NCBI GenBank assembly: GCA_013239625.1
Contig: MU054220.1
Location: 6,791,367 to 6,855,366 of the forward strand
Direction of reading: 5' to 3'
DNA from: Lama guanicoe
Lineage: Eukaryota
Length of the DNA stretch: 64,000 bases
The notes under the pieces are model-generated. The model was not told where the DNA came from, made no database searches, and saw nothing but the letters and a program-made list of their open reading frames with translations. The translations under genes and the position numbers were made by a program. Within the stretch, counting starts at the first letter, position 1. Each line of letters begins with the position of its first letter. Below are positions 38,655 to 50,250 of the stretch, in pieces.

Positions 38655-39658
38655 TGTATTTGTTTGTTAGGGCTGCCACGATGGAAGTACCACAGAGTAG
38701 GTGGCTTAAACAACAGAAATTCACTTTTTTCACAGTTCTGAAGGTTAGAAGTCCAAGATCAGGGTGCCAGTGAAGTTGATTTCCTCTGAGGACCGTAAGG
38801 GAAAGATCTGTTGCATCTTTTCTCAGCTTGCAAGTGGCCATCCTCTTGCTGCCTCTTCATGGGGTTGTCCCTATGTGCACACCTTGCATTTCTGATGCCT
38901 CATTGTGTGTCCAAATTTCCTATAAGTATTGTAGGAAAATGGGGCACAATAGGATGGTCATGTCCCAGGTCTCAGGCAAGTCTCTGGGATGCACCCCACC
39001 AAATGATGATCCTTGGCTCTGGGCAGGAAAGAATTCAAGAGCAAGCTGCAGTAAAGTGAAAGTAAGTTTATTTAGAGAGAAAAACATTTCATAGGCAGAA
39101 TGTGGTCTGTCTCAGGAGGGCGAACAGTCCCAGGGCATGAGGTCATCTCGGAAAGTTAGAGTGGTCCCCAGAATGCAGGGATGGTCAGTTTTTATGGGCT
39201 GGGTAATTTCGTATGCTAACAAGTGGGAGGATTATTCCAACTATTTTGGGGAAGAGGCAGGGATTTCCAGAAGTTGGGCCACTGCCCACTTTTTAACCTT
39301 TTATGATCAGCCTAGGAACCGTCATGGCACCTGTGGGTGTGACCTTTAGCAAGCTAATGTATTACCATGAGTGTTTAATGAGGCTCAAGGTTTACTGGAA
39401 GCTGAATCTTCCTGCCATCTTGGGCCTAGCTGGTTCTAGCCAGTTTTTGTCATAGCCTCAATAACTGTACCCTGCCCCCTTCCCTCCCGCTTCATAAGAC
39501 ACCAGTCAGAATGGATTAAGGTCCACTCTGATGGCCTTATTTTAACTTGATTGCCTTTTTAAGGCCTTATATCCAAATAAGGTACCTTCTGGAATACTCA
39601 GAGTTAGGGCTACAAGATACGAATTTGGGGGAGGGGATACACAGTTCAACTCATAACA
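38655..39658 (-). mobile_element. MaLR LTR MLT1B-like, split by an ERV1 LTR at 38927-39494
   Basis: TGTATT...GGCTTAAACAACAGAAATT...GTCCAAGATCAGGGTG; resumes at ACACCAGTC...GGATTAAGGTCCAC...CATAACA; flanks AGTAA / AGTAC (4 of 5 bases of a TSD). Confidence 0.9.
38927..39494 (-). mobile_element. ERV1 (MER4-group, MER41/MER51-like) solo LTR
   Basis: 568 bp with 4-bp TSD TAAG (38923-26 and 39495-98); GGAAAGAATTCAAGAGC...GTAAAGTGAAAGTAAGTTTATT (AATAAA on the minus strand), GGATTATTC, GTCATGGC, GCCATCTTGG. Confidence 0.85.
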
Positions 39659-39749
39659 AGTACTTTAGAGATTCTTCCTAGGATCCTGTTTTTATCTTCT
39701 CATATTGCTGCCAAATAAAGAGTTTGGGAACTGACATGGTCAGTTCTCT

Positions 39750-39969
39750 AAGGCAGTTTACCACCCTTGGCACTATCGACATGTGGGCTGGATAATTCTT
39801 TGCTTGACCAGAATCTTCTGCCTTATAGAATGTCTAGCAGCATTTCTGGCCTCTCTACTTACCGGATGCCAGCAGCAAAACCCCCTGCAATTATGACAAT
39901 TTAAAATGTCTCCAGACGTTCCCAAATCCTCCCTGGGGTCCAAAGCTACCCCTAGTTGAGAACAATTGC
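39750..39969 (-). mobile_element. MER20 (hAT-Charlie)
   Basis: CTTGGCACTATCGACAT...GGATAATTCTTTG...GATGCCAGCAGCA...AAAATGTCTCCAGAC...GTTGAGAACAATTG. Confidence 0.88.
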
Positions 39970-40089
39970 CTTAAAGTGAAGGAAATGAAAGAAAAATAAA
40001 CAAACACACACCCAGGACAAGCAGTAAGAAGAGTGTTGAGAGTAAATGGAGCTTATTATGACTTTTCTTCTGATAACTATCTATCACCT

Positions 40090-40305
40090 TTAGCGCGAGA
40101 CCAGCTGGGGTTTGTCCTCTGGCTCGGACAGACGCTAGCTTTGTGGTTTTACTCAAGTTTCTCCTAAAACTGGGTCCTTTCTGTGTCTTAGTTCTATTAT
40201 CTGTAAAATGGCAATGGTAATAGACTCTACTTCCTAGGACATCAGTGATAATAAATAAAGAACTCACACAGTGTCTGGCACATAGTAACTCTGGTGGAAG
40301 TCTGC
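40090..40305 (+). mobile_element. SINE MIR
   Basis: CTGTGTCTTAGTTCTATTATCTGTAAAATGGCAATGGTAATAG...ACAGTGTCTGGCACATAGTAA. Confidence 0.8.
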
Positions 40306-41249
40306 TGTTGTAGCAGCAGCGGTAACAGCGCTGGACGAAGTAGTAGAAGACCTCAAAACTGTTAATAGAGTGTCTTTGATTGTAACATGTACTATGACCT
40401 AGGGCTGAGCTGAACTTTACTTTGCAAACTCGACAGATATGCTTGAGAACAGGACTTCTAAGTGAAGATCCATGAATGAGTGTCAGTCTGGTAAATAAAG
40501 TCCCTAAAGTCAGCATGCAACTTTTAAAGAATGTGTGAGCACGTGTTATTTTTCAGAAGAAAGGACTGGAATTTTTAATCGTGTTCACCAAAAGACCTAA
40601 ATACTACAAAACAGTAAAGAAGTGCTGCTTCACACGTATTAATGAATCAAAATATAAAATTCTAAACGTGGTCTTTTGGGGAAAAATTATGAATACGATA
40701 AACCATTAGCTAACCCAGTCGTCAAAAAAGGAAGTGAAGTACAAATACCCAAAATAAGAAATAAAAACAGAGATGTTAATATAAGAGCAAAAGAAATGAA
40801 AGAATAAATCTTAAGAGAATGCTTTGTTCATTCTTATGCTAATAAATCAATATTCACTATATATAGTGATATTTTATTAATAATCATAAGGTATGTGATG
40901 CTTAAGCTGGGATCTCTGACCTCTCCTTGCTCTCACACTCTGACAGTATGTGGCCTCTGGGGAAGCCAGGTGGCCTCCTAGCCTGGGGCTTTAGCCTGGA
41001 TTCCATCAACATGTCACTCCCTAGAACCCTCTCTTCATCCCTGAGGAAAAGGACCCAAATAGCCTGTCATTCCTTGAGGACAACTAGTCTGGGCCATGAT
41101 ATCTTAGTGGTTATTTGTCTGTCTGTCCGCCTATCATGCATCTATTGATTATGTGTTTGAAAGGAGACAATTTGCTTGTTCCTTCTAGACACAAATGGTG
41201 CTACTATATCAATTAAGGACGGCATCATGCTTCATAGAGCTCGTTAGAA

Positions 41250-41820
41250 GCATCCTCATTAAAATATTAGAGTCAGGATTAAGCCAGGATGTCCTTTATC
41301 ACCAATGGTGTTTAACATTGTGCTAGAATATTAACCAACAAGATTAGAGAAAGATGTATGAACCATGAAAATTTAAAAGAAACATGTAAATGACCACTTT
41401 TTGCAAGTGATGATTGTTTATGTGGAAGCCCCATGAAAATCAACTGTAAAACTCTTGCAAATTATAATTCGGTAATTTATTTAAAATAAATAGGCAGATT
41501 GTATGCATATTTACATAGATATACAAAACAGTCACAAAATATAATAGATATGGTCCATTTTATAATAGCAAATAGAAGAATATTTTAACTAAAGTAAAAT
41601 GTCAGGACATGTATATATATGTATATGTCTACATGCAAATTATTTGTAGAAGGATATATATAAAAACACTGTCTGTGGGGTTATGAAGTGTATAAATAGC
41701 TCAGGGTATCAGAAGGAGACTTACTTTTTGGTTTACATGACCCTGCAATTTTGAGTTTTATACCATCTGCATATACTGCCTTTGTAAATTGTGTAACTAA
41801 AATATATTTTTAAATAATCA
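41250..41820 (+). mobile_element. Old L1M ORF2 (RT region) remnant plus 3' UTR fragment
   Basis: TCAGGATTAAGCCAGGATGTCCTTTATCACC...TTTAACATTGTGCTAGAA...TTTGCAAGTGATGATTGTTTATGTGGAA is a decayed form of the L1 RT SGTRQGCPLSP...FNIVLE...FADDMIVY region. More L1-like sequence lies at ~40690-40850. Confidence 0.7.
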
Positions 41821-42861
41821 TTTCTTTTGATTAATAATACCAATGTTCATAATATCCTGAATTAAACTTTTCTTCCAAGAACCACAATAAGTTTAATTGA
41901 GGATGACTCAACTCACACAACGGAATGAGAGTCACATATAATTTAAATGAGGTTAATGTAAGCAAAATTATATACAATAATTAACAAATGATATTCACTG
42001 TATTTCTTATGTAAATATAAATTTTCTCCCTGGTAAAGAATTGTGGAAAACTCATAGTAAAAATGTATTCAGAAATTTCTCTTCAAGGATGAGATTCTTT
42101 CAACCTACATTGTTCAAATTACCATCTACTGCCTGTTCCATCCAGAAGTTGTTTCATGCTAAGTCAGTTCTTGTTTGAATTATAGCCCTTAGTAATATGT
42201 TAAAAACTGTATTCAATTTCTTTTAAGGTACACTTTAAGTCACAACATCTATCAAAGTTATTCTTGGTATACTTGTACCAATACACTTTGCACATTTGCC
42301 TTCCAAAATATTCTTTGAATTCTTCTCTACCTGTCTCATTCTCTCTGTTTGTAAAAACCCCTTAATCCCCGAGATGGTTTACTCTCTTCCAAAGTTTGGT
42401 TTTCTCCATAGGAATAAAAGCTAGTCCACCCCTATTAGAGGGAAGAGTCATTTGCTGATGAGGTTATGAGCAATAAAGAACAGCCAAATGTCATGCATAC
42501 CTATGAACACATCCACACTTCCTGTGCAATGTCGCTGAACTTGTGCCAGGATCATAAATGTCTTAGCAGCTCTACTTCTTATTTATTCCATATGCAATAT
42601 AGTATTGGCTACAGAAATGTTTTACCATTGTATTATTGTTTTCGTGTTTATTATCTTATTTAATGTCTTATTTCTTTAACCAAGTCCTGAGATGGTTATT
42701 AATCTCACCATTTTATGAAAAGACCTGGGCTCTGAGCAGCTGTACCTCTGTTCATGCAAGAGAATACAGTAGCTGGTACTCAATTATCGATCTAGCGATC
42801 CTAAGTTATTTTCCTCGTTAAGAGGGAGAGTTGATGTTAAGCAGCACCATGGAAATTAGTA

Positions 42862-43040
42862 GACAGTAGAGCAGAGTGGTTAAGAACATGGACTGTGGTG
42901 TCAGATAGCCTTGGATTTAGGACGTGGATTTGCCATTAATTAGTTATATGACTTTGGAAAGTTATTAAGTACTGTAATCCTCAGTTTTCTCATAAATATG
43001 TCAGAGGTCAAAATAACACTTCGTGCATAGGGGCTGTTTA
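42862..43040 (+). mobile_element. SINE MIR
   Basis: ACAGTAGAGCAGAGTGGTTAAGAACATGGACTGTGGTGTCAGATAGCCTTGG...CCTCAGTTTTCTCAT. Confidence 0.88.
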
Positions 43041-43234
43041 CTTGTTTATCCAACAAACATTTATGAGGGTTCACAATATGACAAACAGCATGGATACTAT
43101 GGTAGGTAAGAGGAAATAGTTTGCTCTAACACCTCTGAGATGGAAAATTAACACCACCATGTTTACAATGAAGTAGAGATTTGGGGCCAGAGCGCCAAAC
43201 ACAGTCCGTCTCTGAGCCTTCACACTTAATATTG

Positions 43235-43565
43235 CTTCTTCCTAGAATGCGCTTTCCTAAGAAATCTACAAGAATCACCCTCCCTTCTTCAAATATCACG
43301 TTACAGAATCCTTGCCTGGCTTCTTTGTCTAAAGTAACCCCCACACCCATTTCTCTCATCTCTTACCTGCTTTATTTTTCTACATCACACTTATTCCACC
43401 TGATCTATTGAATGCTTACTTACTATATATCATCTGTCTTCTATTATCAGAGCATGAGCTTCATGAAAGCCAGAGCTTTGTCTCTTCTGTTCCCTGCTGT
43501 ATCTCCAGCACTGAGAGAGGTGCCTGGGACAAGGAGAGCACAAAAGAAATAGACGCATAAAAATC
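43235..43565 (+). mobile_element. L2a 3' end
   Basis: CCTGCTTTATTTTTCTACATCACACTTA...TGAGCTTCATGAAAGCCAGAGCTTTGTC...CTGCTGTATCTCCAGCACT...GTGCCTGG. Confidence 0.85.
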
Positions 43566-43574
43566 ACTTAATAA

Positions 43575-44005
43575 GTGAGGTAATTAATTAACAAGAGGGT
43601 GATCTGAAGTTCGGGCAGGATTCCCCGAGGGAGTGGTACGTGGCAGAGGCAGAAGAATAAACAGAAGTTGATCATGCAGGGCGGTGCTGGATGAGAATTC
43701 CAGAAGACAGCAGGTACCAAGGCTGGGAAAATAGGAGTGTGTGTATCAGGCCCCAAGTCCAGAGCAAGGCAGTGTGTAGCTGGAGCAAAGACAGTGAAGG
43801 GGACTACAGGAAAAAATAAGGGAAGGGGCAGTGAGACTTGCTGGATCTTGAAGGTCACGTTAGAGGATTTTGTTTTCATACCAGTAACAAGGATTTGAAG
43901 CAGTAAAACCAGAAAAAGGCTTAAAAGGGGGAACGGAAGGCGACAGGCAAAGACGTGATCGGATTTTTTTTTGATGTGAAACCATCACTTTCACTGCGCT
44001 TAGAG
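43575..44005 (-). mobile_element. L2 fragment
   Basis: GAATTCCAGAAGACAG...GTGTGTAGCTGGAGCAAAG...GAAGGTCACGTTAGAGGATTTTGTTTTCAT...ATCACTTTCACTGC. Confidence 0.7.
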
Positions 44006-44007
44006 GT

Positions 44008-44319
44008 TGTGTTAGACGGGGTCATGACCCTCCAGAGATGAGCAGGTCTTAGCCCCAGAACCTGTAAATGTGTCGGGCCACTTGGATGGAGGCTGAACGC
44101 CAAGGAATGCAAGTGGCCTCTAGAAGCTGGAATAGGCAGAGAAATGGATTCTCCCCTAAAGTTTCCAGAAAAAATTGCAGCTCTGTCGACACCTTGATTT
44201 TAGCCCAGTGAGATCCATTTTGGAACTCTGACTTCAAGAACTGTGAGCTAATTAATGTGTGTTGTTTTAAACCAATAATTTGTGATAATTTCTTACAAGA
44301 GAAACAGGAAATTAATATC
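44008..44319 (+). mobile_element. MaLR LTR MLT1C/D-like with internal deletion
   Basis: TGTGTTAGAC...CCCAGAACCTGTAAATGTG...GCCAAGGAATGC...CTAGAAGCTGGA...GACACCTTGATTTTAGCCCAGTGAGA...GGAAATTAATA; flanks GAGGT / GAGGG. Confidence 0.88.
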
Positions 44320-47300
44320 GAGGGGTCACAGGAGTAATAGTTTGAAGAATTATCACATTACATAGAGTGCTTAGTAAAGTGCTAGTCCTAATACATACAT
44401 TCATTAAATGTAAACTTTAATTTTTACTGTTGACATCATTTAAGGCCGTATTAATGTCACTAAGAAATACATATTTATTGGCTACATGAAGCTCTCTCCC
44501 TAATGAACCTTTCCCTATATTGAAAACAGTAATCAAACAATATTTTAATCTTCATAAGTTCTCCTCAAAGAACCTAATGGACTGTAATTGACCTAAGGAC
44601 CTTGACTCCTTCCACCTTTCACAGGCTGTAGATTCAGATAAGAAGTGCAGGATATAAAACACGTAAGAGTCACTTTGCATCCCCCTTCGTGATGCTGATG
44701 TGATATGTACACCACAAAGCCCCACTGCAGAAACGCAGGAGGGGGCGAGGGAGGGAACAGGCTGCTCTGTACACACACGTTGTAAAACTTCATCATTGTG
44801 ATGGTTTTTATATGACCTCATCGCAAAGAGACTCAAATTAAAAACAAGTGGTCTTCACTCAAGTGGATAGCAATGGAGCACTAGTCAGTGGGCAGAACTG
44901 TCAAGAGAGTGGAACAGAAAATCACAGATCCCAAAGCACTGAGGGAGCAGATAAATAACTGTCCTTTATCTTTACTCTGAGGAGTACAACTATCAGCTCT
45001 AAAAATAATTAGGGGTAAGTGATGGTAAATGATTGCTTGCTTAGCCCTCAAACTGCCCAGTGTATCAGGATATACCATCTACTTGCTGTTTATTCCTTCT
45101 TTTAGATGACTCTCGTTTATATCTCTAATCATTACTTAAGAGGTCCTGGTGAAAAACATGGCTGAATGAAGACATTGGTAGCTTTTGACAAAGGAACATG
45201 CCTTAATTACTTGGGGAACCAAACCTTAATTAGAAAATTTGAATGAGAATGAATTTGAATAAGATTGAAAATATTTCGAGACATCCTCCTTGCCATGCTT
45301 TGCATCCCTCTAGCAATGAGAACCAATCCTGTTCTCAGATGCAACAGTCTTCTTTCTTAGGAGTCTAACTCTACTAGATGCTCCCTGTTTAAAAAGTCTC
45401 AATGATGCCTCAAAGACAACTTTGAGAACCACTCAGCGTAGTAGCTATGCTGATCTGATTTCAAAGCTAGAGAGATATATTATTATGGAAACAGGATCTA
45501 GGCTGATCTGAATTTCATCTGCTTCTGCTGCTTATCCCTTCCCTGTGAAGTGATGATGCTCCTTTATGACTTCAGTTTTTTTTCTGCCTTACCAAAATGT
45601 ATTGTCAGGAATAAAATATGGTGATTCTAGCTAGAGGAGCAAGGGCACATGGAATTCTAAACTACAAAGATTCCATATTCTTAGATAAGAAGAGCTCTCT
45701 CTATTTTAGTTGAAATTCTATCCTTAGCTATCATGAAAGTGAATAAAACCAAAGATTGCAGTGAAGAGCAGAAAGTCTTCTTATTTGATGTGGTAATAGA
45801 TGGATTTTTAAAATAAGAGTAATGATCAGATCATTCAAAACTGTGATTAGATAACAAAACCCACATTACTTGATTAACAAAATCCTTTTGGAAAAAACTC
45901 TTCATTAGAAGGTAAACTTAAAGTTCAGATTTTTATGTGCATAATAATATACTGCTAAGTTTATAAGGGAATATTTACTCGGTGCCAAATATAAAATTAT
46001 GGATTAATAAGTAGCTCTGTAAGAGGGTGACCACTGGTTTTATATAAACAGAAAAGTTACGGAGGTGTGTTTCTACTCTACTATCCTAAATGGGCTGTGC
46101 ACACAAAGCACCGACAGTTGGGCTTTCATCCAGTTTGGGTTTATGCTTGGATCCTGTGTTATCATGGAGTTGACCCATGGAGAAGGCTGCGATTTCGTCA
46201 TCCAGTGGATTTCTAGGTAACATTGTGGAATGTAGAGGGGCTCAAGTCTTGGTTTAAAAAGAAAAACAAAACTAGAGTAATGATGTGTGTATTGGAGGCA
46301 CTGGGGATAAGCACACATTCCTAAATATTCATTCAGCTGGGGTGACAAAGTATTGATAGTATTCTATCAACACACTTCTATTCAGCTTTCAAAATGGGTT
46401 AATATATAATCTTGGCTCTTCTCTCTTCCTCTAATTGCTTAGGATCCAGTATGTTCAGTTGTTTTATTATTCTTAAGATCGTATGGACAGCCTATCAGAG
46501 CTCTTGGCTCAGATTTAATTTTATCAGCCAGAAAGGTCAGCAGCAAAATCCATTTCATGGCTGTTCCATAAGAGTCAAAAGATTAGTGATAAAGAGTATT
46601 GATGGTGATGGCCTTAAGAAAATGTCAGCTAGCGTCCACTTAACACTTGGGGAGGCGTCCATTCTTTACCTCTGAAAGACAAATTTATCTTCATTTTCGA
46701 AGACATTTTTTGGGAGAGAACACTTATTAACCATCTTATAATTACCCATGAGTCTGAGTCTTCAATTTACATATCCTTTGCCTTTATTATAGACCATCAA
46801 ACTATGGTATAGTATATTATAGGCTATCAGAATTTCCCGAACATTATCTCATAACCTTTCCAGACTAAGCTTCAGATATCATGTGATTGATCCATACCCT
46901 CTGTTCAGGGTTGTTCTTGGAGATGACTGAATTGACTTTGAGGTGTTTTGTGGATTTTAAATGAAGAGTTTGCTTTCTGTTTTCCAAAATCCAAGAATAT
47001 TTGGGCCGCCTAGTTGTTTGTCATATTTAGTCACGTTGTGTAATTCTCTCATGCAATGACATTGGGTGAGGCAACGACCATATAATTTCTACTCTAATAA
47101 TACTGGCATGAGTATAGGGGACAATTTTTTACTGTTAGTTTCTGTGAAATCTCTTCTGTGGGTAAATTTACCAACCCTTGAAGCTGACAGTAAAGTATAT
47201 TTCTTTCCTTGAAGGTGAATGTGCATTGTTGCTGAGTCTCTTGTGGCTCAGGACTGGGGATAAAAAAAAAAGAAGAAAAAAAAAAAGCTTTGACCTCTTA

Positions 47301-48344
47301 ATCTTTGCAAACATCTTGAAGAATATCTGAGAGATATATTCTAGGAATGAAGTTAGTTCAATGTCTTTTAGCATTCTATAGTATATTGTCACTGCCAAAT
47401 ATCATATACTTTTTTTTTTGGCTCACAAGGGCTTTAAGAATAATAGAATCCCAAATCCTTCAGATTCTAAAATGAAATTAGAAATTTCTTTAATTTTTTC
47501 CAGCTCCCTATATTTTTTTAAAGTATCATTTTTTTTGTGGATGTTATGCCTGATTCTCTGATCTCCTTTCCATAGGTAGTTTGCTCTTATAAAGTTTTCA
47601 GTTTCCCTAAAGTTGTAATAAATTGGTTCTAATATTATTTTCAGAAATACCATAGCACTTAAATATACGGGCTTTTTCTTACTACCTAATGTGATAAAAC
47701 TACCTGTTTCTCAAGTGATATATCCCTCCAAAACCATGTGTGCTGACTTATTTCCCTCAGAGTTTGTTAAGGATTCCAGACTCTAATGTAATTCTTAATT
47801 GTTTCTTCTAGTGAACCCCAAGAAGATTGGATTTTACCATTTTCTGAATGAATTTAGATACATTTTAGGGGCTTGGGGGTCACCACATTGATGGGGAATG
47901 GACATTTGAAGGGGCTAGGTCTTAATTTCTTGATCGCTAAACATCTGTAAGGTCAAATCTATTTTAAAAAATTTCCACTGGGTTAGTGGGCAAGGGCAAA
48001 GCCCAGCATTAGAGTTGAGATTTATGAAGTCTGGCCTAAAGGGTTGGACTTTATATTCTGTGCCTGAGACATAGGAGTCTTATCTTTAATTATTTGATTC
48101 ATGAATAAGAAGAGATAGTGTATGATTCAGGAAATTCATAATTAATAAGTCAAGCCCAAATATCTCTTTGGCGAGACATACAGGCTAAATGAGCTCAATT
48201 AGTTCTATACCTTGGGTCCAAAATCAACTTCAATGTAGAAAATTGGACAGATTTAATACATATACATATATATATATATATATTTCTGAAAATGTTATAA
48301 AGTTATATAGCAGAACTCCATAATAACACATTTTGTACCCCATG

Positions 48345-48480
48345 GCTGGTTTCAGAGCCACACAGAACTGGCTCAAATCTTTATGCCAACAGTTACTAGC
48401 TGTGGAGCCTTGGGCAACATATATAGTCCTTCAAGAGTCCCTACCTTTAAAATGGGAATGAAAGTATTGAGCCCATAGTC
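48345..48480 (+). mobile_element. SINE MIR fragment
   Basis: TTACTAGCTGTGGAGCCTTGGGCAA...TAAAATGGGAATG. Confidence 0.7.
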
Positions 48481-49704
48481 AGTCAGGAAAGCAGATAGCA
48501 GAAGATGAGCTAGAGAGACCATCGTCCAGAAGGAAAATCAGGACGCAAACCTGTTGAGATTTTTGGCACAGGCTTGCGTCTCAGAGGCAACTGTTTACTC
48601 TTTGAGAGGGTTTCCATCGAATTGTCACCTCCTTCAGCAAGCTACAGTGTGAGTTAGCTGAAAGATGCCTTCTTTTCTGCCAGCACAGTGGGAGGCTCAC
48701 ACTTTTCTTTTGAAAATGATTGCATGAACTGTTCAGCATTTTTGACCTTAGATGACGTTTAGTCAGACTTTAACTTAACAACTTTTTTTTTTAATTTAAT
48801 GGAAGAAACCCAATTATAGGAACTTCTATTGAGGGTAAGCCTTAAATGTTTCTTGTATTTTACTATTTTGCTTTTTCCGTAGACAGGATGTGTTCCCAGG
48901 ATAGACGACTGATTGCTTGAGTTTTATGACTTCTTCACAAAAAGTCAACTGAAACAGCTAGCAATGTTTTAGCGTTGAGTCAGAGGAAAGATCCATTCAG
49001 GAAATAACCAAGCTCCTTTCATTCAATTAAAACAAACAAATCGGAAGAAAGGTGCTTAGAGTGAAGCCGCACTCAGTTATCCATAGTGTCACGAATGCTG
49101 ATGATAATTCATAACCTAAGTCCCATTAGTTTCTTCTTCCAGATATTATAACAAAATCTAAAATCCAACGACAAAATCTGCGTCACGTCTACTGTGATTC
49201 CCAGAGGAAACATCGGACCAGACGGTGGGATACCTGGGTCCTTGCACTATTTTTTAAAATTAATTTTCTGAGTGAATTTATTCAAGTCATGTATTTTCTC
49301 TAAGTCTATTTATCTATCTGAAAATGGTAAGAACAGGCTTATATGCCTTCCACAGTCTCTTCTATCTCAAAATTCATCTACATTTCTATTTCTATGGAAA
49401 TATATTCATTTCTTTCTTTGTCAAGAATATATGGAGAGACCATTTTATGCATAATATTTGGGTTCTACAGTGGCTACATAATGATGGTCTAAGAGACATT
49501 CCTTATTCTGGGGGAATTATAGGGCCTGTCGGTCCTAAGACTGAAGTCATTTTCAGCATCTCTTGATACCAGTTATTTCTCTTTTCCCCTGTTTCACAAC
49601 CAAGTCCACAGAAAACTGAAGGATCATTATAAAACTATACACGGGGTGGGCTTATCCACATCTTGCTTGAATTGGGCACCATAATCCCCTGTAATAGTTT
49701 CTAT

Positions 49705-50250
49705 TATCCATTGATTCACTCAGTAAGTCTTGAATGAACAGTTACTGTAAGATAAACATTGTGCTAAATGATGAGAATGTATTGCTGGGGCGGAAAAAAA
49801 AAGACCTTGAAGTTGCTCACAGACCGATTGGGAAGACAGAGAACAACAGGAAAACAGAACATTAGCTCATAGTTAAATTTAAATTCCATAGATGTAAACA
49901 AACATGCAAAGCGGCAGAATTACATGAACGATGGGAATGAACTGTTTAGCTAGAACCATTAGTTCAGGGCTGTGAAAACTGAGATTTGAAGGCTGAGATA
50001 GAATCAGACATGGGAAGGGCAAAGAGGAGGATGGAGAAATCCACAGACGGGGACAACAGCCCACGGTGGGGTGGGAAAGGAGGCCCACGTTGAGGTTGGA
50101 GAAGCAGGGAGGTGGAAGGCACAGGGCGGTGAAGACTGTGGAAAGTTTTGATCTTTTTTTTTTTCAAAGCACAGTGAGAAGTTGCTGGACAGTAAGTTGA
50201 ATAATGATCTGCTCTCATGCTTTCAGAAAGCAAAAAAGCCTTCTGTACTG
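49705..50250 (-). mobile_element. L2 3' end
   Basis: ATCCATTGATTCACTCAGTAAG...ATTGTGCTAAATG...GCTCACAGAC...GAGATTTGAAGGCTGAG. Confidence 0.65.

Noticed and set aside
39971-40516. Longest ORF (181 aa, minus strand)
   Set aside because: Runs through a MIR and simple repeats; no domain-like sequence, so a chance ORF.
43235-44005. Convergent L2 pair as a miR-28/miR-151-type hairpin source
   Set aside because: The minus-strand L2 lacks its 3' tail at the junction, so I see no complementary arms.
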